Part shown: in pieces, positions 11,772 to 24,607 of the stretch
Layout of the letters: every line of letters begins with the position of its first letter
How positions within the stretch are numbered: position 1 is the stretch's first letter
Assembly (NCBI GenBank): GCA_965153355.1
Contig: OZ231126.1
Coordinates: 20,088,001-20,152,000, forward strand
Reading direction: 5' to 3'
DNA: 64,000 nt
Origin: Flaccisagitta enflata
Lineage: Eukaryota
Program-made: the position numbers and the translations under genes
Notes under the pieces: generated by a model
What the model was told of the DNA's origin: nothing
What the model saw: only the letters and a program-made list of their open reading frames with translations
Databases searched by the model: none

Positions 11772-14262
11772 ATGACAAATTTGCAGAGAATCGTATCTCT
11801 CTGGGATTGGATGTGTGTATTTTGCCTGTTACAGAGTAAGTAACTTTGAATATATAGCTATGTGCTCTCAGTTAGTGCTAAGCGGAATCCTGTGCGAGCG
11901 ATTACACCGAGTTGTGGAGCTTTTTGGTACATTACATTACATTACAGTTACATCCCACTTATACGGACCCAAAACAACGGAAATTAGCCTAGTGCGGAAA
12001 TCTTGGTCGCTTCATGTAATTTTAATGATAGCCATGGTGGAATCTCTCCTACAACAGATTAAATTTGTTGTCACTTGATCTTTTATTTTCTCTCTCTCTC
12101 TCCCGTAATGACTTTTTTCCCACGACGAGGGGCGCCTTTATCGTTAATGTCCTGTATTTAGTTGAGGACACGCATCCCTATAGGAGGCTTTGTCCGTCCG
12201 TCCGTTACACTGTAGTTGAAAAGTGCGTCCCTGATGGGTACTAATGAACAAGCATCTGTGATCCTTTGTTTTTAAGACTTTTTAAGCGGTTTTTTAAATT
12301 AGGGTTAGGGTTGGGTTTAGGGTTAGGGTAAGGGTTGGGGATAGTTTTAGGGTTAGGGTTAGGGACAGGTTTAGCTTTAGGGCTAAGGGTTGGCTGGGTT
12401 TTATGCATTACGGCCCGAAGCTATTCGAATTAAATTCGCTCTGGCGGAGGATTCGGAAAGTAAAACAAAATCGTTCGGGGACTCATTCATTTTGTCCTTA
12501 TGATGCTGCAGTTGAGGTTGTGAGTGTGTGTAAGTGTGTGTGTTTATACGCCCCGGCCCACCCGTTCGCAACAATATTGTAACCCCGGCTGAGCCGGATC
12601 ACCCATTCACCCCCCTCTGGATAGCCCCCCAAAGAAAAACCAAAAAACCCATTCTGGGGACCCCAAGATTTATCATCTAAGATGTCTTGGCTACACAAAA
12701 CAACATCAGACTAAATCATTTGAAGGCAAAATTTGGGAAAAAGTCACTTTTTATGCAAAAATCAAGCATTTTTTGCCATATTTGGCACTTTCATAGTTAA
12801 TACAGCTTCCAAAATTTTTTAAAAAATCTAAAAAGTGTAAGATTAGCTAATTTGTAACTAGTTTTACCTTTTCAAGCTAGTTTTGATGGATATTTCAAAG
12901 ATTAGAGCAAAAAAAATCACTTAAAACCAGAAAATCGAGTTTTTATCTGCATTCTTTTGCCTAAAATCATTCCAGCTACATCAATAAGCCTGTAAACTAT
13001 AAAAAGTGTGTGGGAACAGTTGAAACTCATATGGTTTTACCATTTTAAGTTAGTTTGAAGAAATATTTAATTTTTAAAAGCTAAAAAAAATGACTTAAAA
13101 ACAGTAAATTTAAGCTTTTTTTAGTATTTTTAAACTGAAATGATATCAATACTTCCAAACTATTTCATGCAAGTAAAATATATATATTACATACAGTAAA
13201 GTACATAAACATACATCTCACCATTACATATGACTTGGAGCAAGTAAAGGGAAAAAAGTTCATTCAGTCACTTCTTGATCAATTTTTCGCATCAAAATAT
13301 TTACTATGAACCAAAAAAATGTTTTCTCAAGCCTCATAGAATCATATAGCACACCCCCCCAAAAAATAGGCCCGCCGTTAGCCGTTTTATAGCAAAGGGA
13401 GCAGTATATACAATGAGGAACGCCAGGTAATTTTAGATTGTGTGTAAGAATTATTTTAAAAGACCGTTTTTCTGTCGCTGTCAGCGATACGATTTTGGGG
13501 ATTTGATCCATTTTTTCCCCGAAATGTGTTAATTGTGTTAATAGTTGCCTGAGATAATTTTCTCCACCTTAATATATGCAATTTTGTCACCTTACTAAAA
13601 AAAACCCTGAAGGAGGTCAAGTTACAAATGAAAATCATAAAATCGTAGTGTTCAACTTATTATTTTTGTTTACAATACTTCCCGTCAGAGTTAAGCTATG
13701 AAATTTTAAATGGTGTTAAGGAACATGCTAAACTACTTGCGTGTCAATTTTCATGATCCTAGGCAAATTTTAAGTATCGCTTTTTCTCCTTTGATTCCAA
13801 AATCCATGCTAAAAAGGAGTTTTTGAAAAAAAGATTTTTCATCTTGAAAATAACAAATCTGTAAAACAGTCAAACTTTTTGCATTTTTAAAAACATACGA
13901 CGCGAGATATACTAATTTTTAAGCGTCGTATGTTTTTGTTTTTTTCATTTTTGCGTTTTCTATGCAAATTTGTTATTTTCAGTGAGCATGAGTTGGAGTG
14001 ATTTTTTGCTCCTTCTAGAAAGCGAGCTGCTGGTGAAATGGTTTGTGTGGTGGAGGGATATCTGATGGATGTTGAGCCTCAATTTTCATAATCAAGCTGT
14101 GTGTTGTCAGCATAAATGCAAATCTATTATTTTTGCTTGTTCGAATACATGCTTGCTTGCTTGTTTCTGTGCTTACATGCTTGTAAACAACTGTAAGAAA
14201 TGACCAAAAAGGAAGCGAAAAAGAAAGAAAAAAACGGAGGTACAAAATAGTGAAAGAAATGG

Positions 14263-14313
<51 letters not shown>

Positions 14314-14591
14314 ATGAAAGATATTAGACAAAAAGAAAAAGAGAAAGAATGAAAGGATAAAAACAAGTAATGGGTGGTTACAACAATGGCGGGTGGGCAA
14401 AGTCGTCCAACCTCTATTCACATCCCCCCTCCCCACACAAATGCAAGCATCAGATCACTTTTTGACGCGCGTCCACAGACTAACGGTATAAACGATGGAC
14501 AGACTAACGGACAGACAGACGGACAAAGCTTCTTGTAGAGTCGCGGGTCCGCAACTAAAAAAGAAAGACAGATAGAAATGAAAAAAAGGGA

Positions 14592-14635
<44 letters not shown>

Positions 14636-14676
14636 AAAAGAAAGAAAAAAATAATGAAAAGAAAAAGAAAAGAAAA

Positions 14677-14708
<32 letters not shown>

Positions 14709-17700
14709 AACAAGAGAGGAAGAAAGAAAAAAAAAGAAATGTTAACTGAAATGTTGAGAAAAACACTTGTTATCGCTCGTTAAGGAGAGAGAGACAGAGA
14801 GACAGAGAGACAGACAGACAGACAGAGACAGAGAGACAGAGAGACAGAGAGACAGAGAGTCGGAGAGAGATATGAGTAAGGAATAAACAAGACCGGATAC
14901 ACGGCCACCAGTTGTGGATGGGTGGGCAGGGGTGGATATGCGCGTTTTCCCACTTTTCGACTCATGCTGATGGACCAACGGACCGATGGACTGACGGAGC
15001 GACGGACTGACGGACCGACGGATGGACAAAGCCTCTTATAGAGTTGCGTGCCCGCATCTAAAAAAGAAAAAAGTTGCAAAAGCATTAGATGGTCAGCGGT
15101 ACCTGTGCCCTGCTTAAGTAGGTTGTGGTTGAAGTTGAGGGGGGAATTTTCTCCTCCTACATCTTCTTCTCCTCCGCCCCCCAGCCTCCAGGCCTGTATC
15201 TCAGCCTCAAGGCCCATATCCCAGGCTTGAGGCCCAAATCCCAGTGTTAAGGCCCAAATCCCTTGAGACAGGAATTTTGGCCTTGAAGTAGGGATTTGGG
15301 ACTCAAGTCTGGGATTTGGGCTTCCAGGGCTTCCAGGGCAAGTACGAAGGAGGAGGAAAAGAGGAGAAGAAGGAGGAGCAAATTATGTGTGGAAGGATAG
15401 GTCATCGACCCCTTTGGGGCCGCTGCCCAAAAAGGAACGCGAGAGGAAAAAAAAAGAAAGAATGATAAGAAAGGAAGAAAAAATGGTAGAACAAAAAAGT
15501 TCGACATACAGACACAGACAGATAGACAGAAAGACACACAGACACACAGAAGAGAGATTGCATGATTTATAACACACACACAAAAAAAGGCCAAGGATGG
15601 ACCAGACGCACTGAGGGACCGATGTGCGGACCGACAGATGGACAAAGCCTCTGACACGAATGCAAGGGCACATCTAACATGCCCAAGTAGGCCAATAAGG
15701 TTCGTCGTGTGAATCGTTGAACGAATGTGTAACTGACCAACAGACCGACTGACCAACTAACTGACGGACACAGCCAATTATAGAGGTGCTTTGGCGCACC
15801 TAAAAAGCATATCATATGAATGATTGTGATTGCAAACGTTTCCATGGAAAAGTAAAATACAACTTTGCTAAAAAAAAGACGCACCTGCTTATCAATTCAT
15901 AAAAAAGATGCAATAGATAAATTGAACCATTTTCATTTAGGACATTTAAAAAGATTTTCAAACAAATCTATCTAGACCAATCCAAGGTCTGTATCTCAAA
16001 TGATTTAGATGCCAGAGCCGTGCAGAGAGAAGCACTAATTTGCAAAAATGCAATTTTAGAATTTAGAGATTGTCAAACTAAAATGGGTAAAGATTTTACT
16101 CAAACTATTGCCCTTTTTAACAAAAAAAGATAGGATTACAAGATTGGCGCAAAATGAAAGTGATTTTGAAAGGCATTCAAAAGATTTTAATGAGTTTCAC
16201 AAAGATTCATAGGTAAAATTAACCATTTAAAAGTCTTTTTTTTTATCCGTGTGGTACCTACAAATGATTACAAGAAAAGGAACATCGCTGTCAGTCCCAA
16301 CTTGTTAATGTGTGAATGTGATGACGATGATAAAGGAGGATGAAGGAACAAATGCATTGATAAATGAATGAACCCCACTGAGGGCGTGTTTCTAGTGAAG
16401 ATGAAAAACGCAATAGTTCCCGTTGAACACGTTGACAGTATGAACACATATTAATGAATTTTAACTGTCCCACGAGGGAGTGAGTGAAGTGAATGAGCAA
16501 GCCTTTGAACAGAATGAGCGGTGCGAGTGAACGAACATAGTGAGCGACCGAGTGGCCCGTTAAAAACGCGATTGTCTTTGACTAGAAACGCCACCTGATA
16601 CTGGTAGGCCAAATGATAGTTGGAAAAAAGTCAAATTTTGCAATTCGGCTTTTTAGATGCGTCCTTGCATCTCTATAAGGTGCATCTCTCTAAGGTGTTT
16701 CCCTCCCTCCTTAGGTCAGTCCGTAACCCGTTTTCTCAAAATTAGTCTATGCACTCCAAAACTCGCAGAAACCACCCCTAACTATTATTAGATGCGTCCT
16801 CGCATTTCTATAAATGTCCGTCCTTCCCGAAGTCTCATGTACTCAGAAACCACCCTTGACTATTATGAGAATGTATGAACGAATGAATAAATGAACAAAT
16901 GAAGGAATGAACGAACAAACAAAAAATAGTTGGATGAAAGAATGAATGAATGAATGAATGAAAGAATGAATGAATGAATGTATTAAAGAATGAATGAATG
17001 ATGAGTTAAACAAATCTGTAATGAAATGAAAGCATGCAACAACCACGGAGATTTATATCTTCAAAATTAAAACAGTTGAATGAAATTATGAAATAATGAA
17101 TGAATGAATGAAATAATGAAATAATGAATGAATGAATGAATGAATGAATAAATGAATTGATGAACAAAGGAAAGACTAAATGAATGAATAAATGAATGAA
17201 TGAATGAATGATGGGTTGAACAAATCATAAACAAAAAAAACGAGGAGAAAAGAGGAGAAAAACAGAATATATGAATGAATGAATGAATAAATGTGAAAGA
17301 ATGAATGAATTAATGAAGGAATATATAAATGACCAAATGAATGAATACACAAATCATCAAAAGTCTTGATTATCAAAGGAATGTAAGATTGCTTAACCGG
17401 AAAATTTGAGTAATCATAACACAAATCTGTATTATGACATGTTGAAAGATATGCTGAAAATAGCTATTTATGCATGTTTTATTTTAGATATTCTTTAAAT
17501 CTTACATTAAAAATATCAAAAAATATTAATTCATATAAAATTTACTAATTTTCTGCAGTTCTTTGAAAATTTTAAAAGATTTTTTTAGTAAATCAATATA
17601 TCATATTCATGAAACTAAAATAAACTATGTTAATTCACTTTAAATATGAAATAATGAATATTCAGCTGATACAAATGGATTTTGCATTAATTTTTTTTAT

Positions 17701-18883
17701 TTTGCAATCAAAAGATAATATATTTAACAAAAATTCTGAAAAAAATGATTATATTAAAACTTAGTTTTTTAGCCTTAGTGAATGCCAAATTCTACGCAAT
17801 CTTGCTCCATGTCATATATTCTTATGTATATGTCACTATTCTGTATTTTTAAATATTATTTGTATTTTTAAATTATATTTGAAATCAGATTAAATCTTCA
17901 AAATACTAAAATATTTTATTTCATTAGGGTTTTTTTTTCATTTTTAAATTTTTTAGTGATGTCTCTTTTAAACATTTTACCCTCCTGAAGAGCCGAAAAA
18001 AATTCTTGTTTTTACTTTTGGGGCCATGCAGAGAGGGGTGTAGGGATGACCGACATAGTAGCATACCTAGGTGCGCACAGGCAATCAAACGCCTCTGCGT
18101 TGATGTAAGCTGAAACCACCGATGAATTTTGATATCGTACTATACTCTAAGAAAGAATGTGTAATTTACAACATCAGTGTTTCGCCCAAGATCAACTAAG
18201 ACGCCTGATTTCCACAGATTTTTTTTTCACTTATAAAGTAACAAAGGTTTTCAATTCAAAATTTGAGAAGCATTCAAACGAAAAATTTCATCAATACAAA
18301 AATATATTTTATCAAATTCTATGAAAAATATAGATTAATGAAAGATTTTTTTTTCTTCAAACTAACTTAAAATGATAAAACCATATGTATTTCAACTGTT
18401 CCCACACACTTTTTATAGTTTACAGGCTTATTGATGTAGCTTGAATGATTTCAAGCAAAAGAATGCTGAAAAAAGCTCGATTTTCTAGTTTGAAGTGATT
18501 TTTTTTGCTCTAATCTTTGAAATATCTATCCAAACTAGCTTGAAAAGGTAAAACCAGTTACACATTAGCTATTCTTACACTTTTTAGATATTTTCTATAG
18601 TTTTGGAAGCTGTATGAACCGTGAAAGTGCCAAATGCTTGATTTTTGCATAAAAAGTGACTTTTTCCCAAATTTTGCCTTCAAATGATTTAGTCTGATGT
18701 TGTTTTGTATAGCCAAGACATCCTAGATGATAGTTTTTGGGGTCCCCAGAATGGGTTTTTTGGTTTTTCTTTGGGGGGCTATCCAGAGGGGGGTGCATTA
18801 GGCTTATAAGCAGCCTAAGGCCCCAAGTGAGGGAGCCTGAGAGCAGCGAAATTAAAAAAGGGAAAGAAAAAGAAAAAAAGGAA

Positions 18884-18923
<40 letters not shown>

Positions 18924-21900
18924 AGAAAGAAAGAAAAAAGAAAGAAAGAAGAAAGAAAGAAAAGAAAGAAAAAAGAAAGAAAGAAAAAAAAGAAAGAAAG
19001 ATAAAAAAACAACTTTTTTTCTGTTTTTATCTTGATTTTCTATCAAAAAAACTTTCATAAAACATATGATCTTTTTTTCAATTAGGTTCATCAGCTTAGA
19101 AAGATAAAAGCCTTTCTAGTTTATATCCACTTGAAAGGGAGTGACAGCAAGCCGGGGGGGGAGGAAGTGAAGGGAAGGGGGCTAATGGGGCCCCGCGGTG
19201 GCCCTTAAGCCTTAGGCCCCGCGGTAGCTTTATCCGGCTCAGAACCCCGGAATAGAGAGTATATCGTATGCATGTGTGATGGAAGCAACCAGTTAAAAGT
19301 GGCCAAATAAACAAATACTCCGGTGGTTAAACAGTGCGTCCAAGTCTTGCGTATATCGTCGACTGGAAAAAAGTCACAGACCTGGGATTTCTCTCAAAAA
19401 TATGCTCTTTTTTCTTAATTTGGCTGAAATCCGTCATTGTAGATTATGTACATGATTTCCTTTTTCAGGCGCAAGGTGCTGGGAGAGAAAATTCTCTGTA
19501 ACTTTATCCGGAAGATATTGCGAAAAAGGAACGCATTGCGGATTTGATAAAAATAAGTAAATGATAAATCGTCGCATTATTCTGTTTAGTCTGTATGGTT
19601 GTAAGTTTGATGGTTTTTTTTTCCTTTTGAAAAAGCAAAGCTTTTTGTACCAGGCACTCACATTTTATCATTCAGCAGGTGCACAAATCTATTTTGTAAT
19701 TATGTATTTTTTGTTCTTGTTAGATGCGTCCATCAGGAATTGATCTCTAAAAGAGGGTCTGTCCATCCGTCCGTTAGTTCATCTGTTCGCCCATCTTTCT
19801 CTCCAGATATTTCACGTGATTAGCACCAAATTCAATACACACAAAGACACAGTCCGGACGCATCGTTGCCTAGTCGGGATGATTTATGGTTTCAACTTTC
19901 AACTTTCATGTATTTAACCTTTCAGACAGTATCAGTGGTGTTGGGTTGATGAAGCAAATAACGATTGGGACTATTGTTGCTTTCCGGGATCCACAATCAG
20001 CCGTGATGGGAAAAAAGGGTAGAGATGGCATATGAAAAAAATTTGATATTTTGTCATTTTTCACTCATGCTAATGCCATTAGTTCCAAATGTTTAAAAAA
20101 AATTCCTTCGAATTTATTACTAGTATAAATATACTAAATAATTGCGTTTTTAATTAGTACACAAGTCAATGGGGGTCATAAAAGTGGCAGGATCATCTAG
20201 GATCCGCGCCGTTTGACTTTCCCACACAAACTGCTTTATTCATCTCATGTTTGCGGATTTTACCTTGATGCGCGCGCAATCGGAAATGAATCTCAGCTGA
20301 GAATCAGCCTCATTTCTAATTACTCAATTATACAAATTAGCTTATGACTAGTGTCACGCTAAGCCGACCGTGGACGGGATGAAATTCGTCAATTTCACAT
20401 GTTTGAAAATTGAACAAAACCATATGTCATCATGTAGCTCACCTATTCTTACATATGAATCCATACTTGGATTTTCTTAAGTAAGCTCATTTTTCATGCA
20501 AATTAGGCTTAAATAGATATTGTTGGCAGTTTTATTACTAGAAAATTTAGCTAAATACAATCACGAAATCAATATGACAGTGAAATTCTTATTGATAACG
20601 TTCAAGCAAACATGTGTGATCATGTTTCTGAAATTTTTTTGAATTTTTTTAGTTTTTTAAAAAAAATCTCTATAAGTAGCATTTCTGGCTGGGTGGGCTG
20701 TTGGAAGAAAAAAAAATTTCCCCATGCTCTTTTTTATGCCAGTGACGAGGAATCTTTAAAGGAAGCTTCATGCAAAATTTCAACCAGATCGGTCAATTAT
20801 TTTAGAAGTTATGCCATTTTTTCATTTTTTTATCTGGTGGGCTGGTTGGTCTGGTTGGACTGCTCAACATTCTCTAGGTCGCATAAGAATTTAGGCAAAG
20901 GAGTCTCTTGATCTAGATACCAACCATGCAAAATTTCATTGGGCTAACTCAAATAGTTCCTGAGATATGCAAATTTGAATTTTGTGAAATTTTACCAAAA
21001 TAAAACTTAAAAGCATCATGCATTTGTGTGAGAAGCGCTGTGTGGAAACAAAGAATTAACTACGAAGCTGGTCGGCAGCGTTACAATTCAATTCTTTTTT
21101 TTGTAGTGATCATCTTTGAAATTTCACTGTGACCAAACGATTTGGAGTTAAGTTGAAATTTTGGTGCAAGTACAGAATTGATTTTCTTCCCATCATGAAG
21201 ATGAATTTTTCGTCTTATGTTACTATGCCGTGGCATAGTATGAATCATAGTGTGACACAAGTGTGACAGCTACAACAAGGAGCACCTCTGAATTGTAACG
21301 CTCCAGGAAAATGCTTATTTCTTTTGAATAGAATGGAAAAATCCTTGAAAATCGGAGGAAAGGTCCTCCAACTAGTCCTTAATACAATGGAAAAGAAAAA
21401 AAAAATGCTTAATGTTTGAGTAAAGATAGGCCTACGAAAAAAACTTTCTACCTAACTCATTTTTAGAAAAAAATGAAAGAAAAATAAAGGGGAAGAGTGT
21501 CATAATTCAAATTCATTTTTTGTCATCTTACAGTTGAAATATTAAATTCAAACTTTCTACACATATCAATGGATTGATAGTGATTGCTTACAAGCTATTG
21601 GATGACCCCCATTGACATTTTTTGATTGGTTAAACTTGCGTTTTGCTTGCAGGGACAGAATCGGGACAGGCCCTAATAGACCCTTCTACCCCTGTTTTGG
21701 ACCCCATAGGGGCAGTCGGTGTGGCAAATTTTGGTTTAGTATGGCACACCAGATAGTTAGGTATGTCACCCAACCTTTGTGACCTTATGCAATTCAGCAG
21801 AAGAAGCGATGACACTTCTACAATGGCGGAGAGTCAGGGTTTCTCGCGCGCATGACGAAACTCGGAATCAGCCTTATGATCGATTTGTCATTCTATTATC

Positions 21901-23623
21901 ATTCCAAAGTTCTACTTTGTTAGATATTAAGTTTCATCATCCAGGGACCTTTCATGAAGTTATGAAAGGTGTTTTTAGTGATAATGGTAACACAAATGGA
22001 AATTCCTACACATTTTTCTTTCATTATGACAGAAACAACAATAGAAAAACTGACCCTTTGGTTTTTCTCAATTCTCCTAGCGGAAGCGAGTTGCTCTAGA
22101 GCTGTCCAAGAGTTGTCTGAGAGTTGTCTTTGAGTTATCTCAGAGTTGTCCTAGTGCTGTCCTAGTATTGTCCTAGACGTGCCCTAGACTTGTCCTTATT
22201 GTCCTAGAGTTGTTCTGAAGTTGCCTAAGAGTTGTCTAAGATGTCAACCATTTATTTTTTAAAGTGTCTTGGAATTGTTCTAAAGTTGTCTGAGAGTTGT
22301 CCTATGTTGTCCCAGATTTGTCCTAAAGATATCCTAGGCTTATCCTGGACTTGTCCCAATTGTCCTTCAGTTGTTTTAGGGTTGTTTGGTCGTTTCTTAA
22401 ATTGTCCTGGAGTTGCTTTGAAGGGGTCCTAGAATTACTATTGTTTTGAGATTGAAAGTTGTCCTAGAGTTTCTAAATTGTCCTAGTTGTTCAAATGTTG
22501 TCCTACAAACATCCTTGTTGTCGTAGAGTTGTCCTGGTGTCATTCCAGTATTGTCCTAATGTTGTCTTGAAGTCCTAGATTTGTTCTCAGGGTTGTCCTG
22601 GATTTGTCCTTGAGTTGTCGTCAGGTTGACTGGAGATATCTTGTGTTAGTTTACAACAACAAATTTGAAATGACTTTATTTAAAAGGCAGCTATTATTGT
22701 AGTTGCAGACACAAAACAATATGAGAGGCTATGTCCAACATTCTTTTGATCCATCTGCCTGTTAGTCTGTCCATAACACATGAGCAAACAAGTGACGCTG
22801 GGTCACAATATTTTTGTGGCTAGGTGGGCAGGGGCACCCAACCCCAATTCTCACCAAACCCACCTACAACATTCAAACATACACAAAAGTATCTAAACAC
22901 TCATTCTCACATTTTTCAACTTAATGACCAATGGACCGACAGATGGACAGATGGACAAAGCCTCTCATAAAGTTGCATATCTGCAACTAAAAAGGGGAAA
23001 ACGAAGTATTTGAGATGCTTTTTGGGTATCGTTGTTAGTTATGGAGGGAGCATGAACTGTGAATGTAGATTCAATGCCCCTGCCCACCCTTCCGCAACAA
23101 TTATTGTGACTACCCATCACTTGTTACTGGTTGCATATTGCAGACTCTCCTTACGGGCAACAACCTTTTCATGTCTTGTTACATTATGATGCCTGAAATA
23201 AAAGAAGTTTATAATTGAGGTTAATGAGCAGACATCCCTGGCAACATGCTTCATTAACACTTGCTTCAAAATGTTTTACATTTTTGGTAATTCATGAAGG
23301 AATAATTGATAAGGTTTATGTGAGAGAACTTGTCAATAACAAAATTTGGAGGTGGGTGGGGAGGTGGTTTAGAGTATGCTTAGGTAGACTTGGACTGTGT
23401 AGGTGGGTTGAGTGGGATAAAGAGGCGTTAGGTGATTTTTTCCCATCAGGGTGGGATTTGATGGACTGTGTAGGTGGGTTGAGTGGGATAAAGAGGCGTT
23501 AGGTGGTTTTTTCCCATCAGGGTGGGATTTGATGGACTGTGGGATCTTCATGCAGAATGAGACGGGAAATAATGAGTGGATATTACTATCATTCCTGCGG
23601 TGCTTGTAAACTTGAGAAAAAAA
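11772..23623 (+). CDS. Cys-rich extracellular protein, 5' part (signal-like N-terminus + module 1); exon 5 split by a transposon
   Basis: Phase-compatible exons 11772-11835, 11872-11926, 19335-19372, 19469-19556 and 19926-19991 + 23547-23623 give MTNLQRIVSLWDWMCVFCLLQISAK...SCGAFCASKSCVYRRLEKSARCWERKFSVTLSGRYCEKGTHCGFDKNKQYQWCWVDEANNDWDYCCFPGSSCRMRRE... The Cys pattern matches the exon at 53667. The donor at 19373 (GTCACA) is weak. Confidence 0.72.
12297..12400 (+). repeat. degenerate interstitial (TTAGGG)n tract
   Basis: Repeated TTAGGG and variant hexamers, lying within a HINE copy. Confidence 0.85.
12608..18795. mobile_element. Chapaev/CMC-like non-autonomous DNA transposon with ~450-bp TIRs
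   Basis: Termini CACCCCCCTCTGGATAGCC/GGCTATCCAGAGGGGGGTG. 4-bp TSD CATT at 12604-12607 and 18796-18799. Superfamily inferred from CAC ends plus 4-bp TSD only. Confidence 0.8.
16381..16596. mobile_element. small MITE
   Basis: Imperfect TIR GGCGTGTTTCTAGT/ACTAGAAACGCC with internal GAGTGA/GAGCGA repeats. Confidence 0.5.
22095..22640. repeat. degenerate ~11-bp tandem array (AGTTGTCCTAG)
   Basis: Recurrent GTTGTCCTAG variants. Confidence 0.75.
23400..23541. repeat. 71-bp tandem duplication of the transposon right end
   Basis: 23400-23470 and 23471-23541 differ at one position. Confidence 0.95.
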
Positions 23624-24607
23624 GTAAGAATGCAGGAGCGAAATCATCTTGCGAAGTCAGATACAGTAATTGAACTTGTCATCCAAGGATCGCACATGGT
23701 CAGCGATATAGTAATTGAAGAAAGACAACAAATCTTTTAATTTTGGGTAGCTGCCCCAAAGGGTTATGTCATGTTGAACACAGGGGCGAATTCCTCTATC
23801 TCAGCATGTATATGCGTACGTGCATTCCCCCCCCCCCCGGTCTTCTGAGGCCTGAAATCAGCCCTCTCAAGTCTGAAATCAGCCCTCTCAGGCTAGAAAT
23901 CAGCCCTCTCTAGTAATCAGCCTTCTCAAGCCTTAAATGTAAAACATTTCTTTGAGGCCTAAATTCATCCCTCTCAGACATGAGATCACCCCTCAGGCCT
24001 GATCACCATTCCCAAACCTCAAATAGCCCTCTCAAGCTAAAATTCTTTTATTTGCTTGGTTAAGGCGAGCTCCAGGCGTTCCCGGGGTCGAAAACGGCTG
24101 GAGGTCGCCTTGGCCAAGCGATTCCCTTTCAGATCAGAATTGGAAAAAATTGAATCGTGCTTCCCTTGGCATTGCAAAACACTGCAAAGCAAACTCAAAC
24201 AAAAAACAAGACGAAAGAAAAGCAGTGAAAGTAAACTCATTTGAAAAACTCGATCATAAGCAGAAGTGACGACGACGCGGTAAAGAGACAGTGACGCCAT
24301 CGACGCGGGGACGCCATCGACGCGGTGACGCCATCGACGCGGTGACGCCAACGACGCGGTGACGCCAACGACGCGGTGACGCCGACGACGCGGCGACGCC
24401 AACAACGCGGTGAAGCCAACGACGCGGTGGCGCCAACGACGCGGTGACGCCAACGACGCGACGACGCCAACGACGCGGTAACGCCAACAACGCGGTAACG
24501 CCAACAACGCAGTAACGCCAACGACGCGGTGCCGCTGACAAAGCAGCGACGCTGACAACGCGGTATCGCCGGTGACGCAGTGACGCTGAAAACAAGAGCC
24601 AACGGAG

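Larger units (their letters stand above)
12589..19242. mobile_element. hAT-type non-autonomous element, expanded by a nested insertion
   Basis: 11-bp TIR CTGAGCCGGAT/ATCCGGCTCAG. 8-bp TSD AACCCCGG at 12581-12588 and 19243-19250. Confidence 0.85.
19992..23541. mobile_element. Transib/RAG-like non-autonomous transposon with asymmetric RSS-like ends
   Basis: 5-bp TSD GGATC at 19987-19991 and 23542-23546. Termini CACAATC and (reverse complement) CACAGTC share TGATGGGAAAAAA. Removing it restores the host reading frame. Confidence 0.85.

Noticed and set aside
12297-12400. True telomere or chromosome fusion site
   Set aside because: Short, degenerate, single orientation and embedded in a repeat.
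20020-23390. Transib/RAG1 transposase inside the RSS-like element
   Set aside because: Only AT-rich sequence and nested repeats are present, with no recognisable motifs in any listed ORF.
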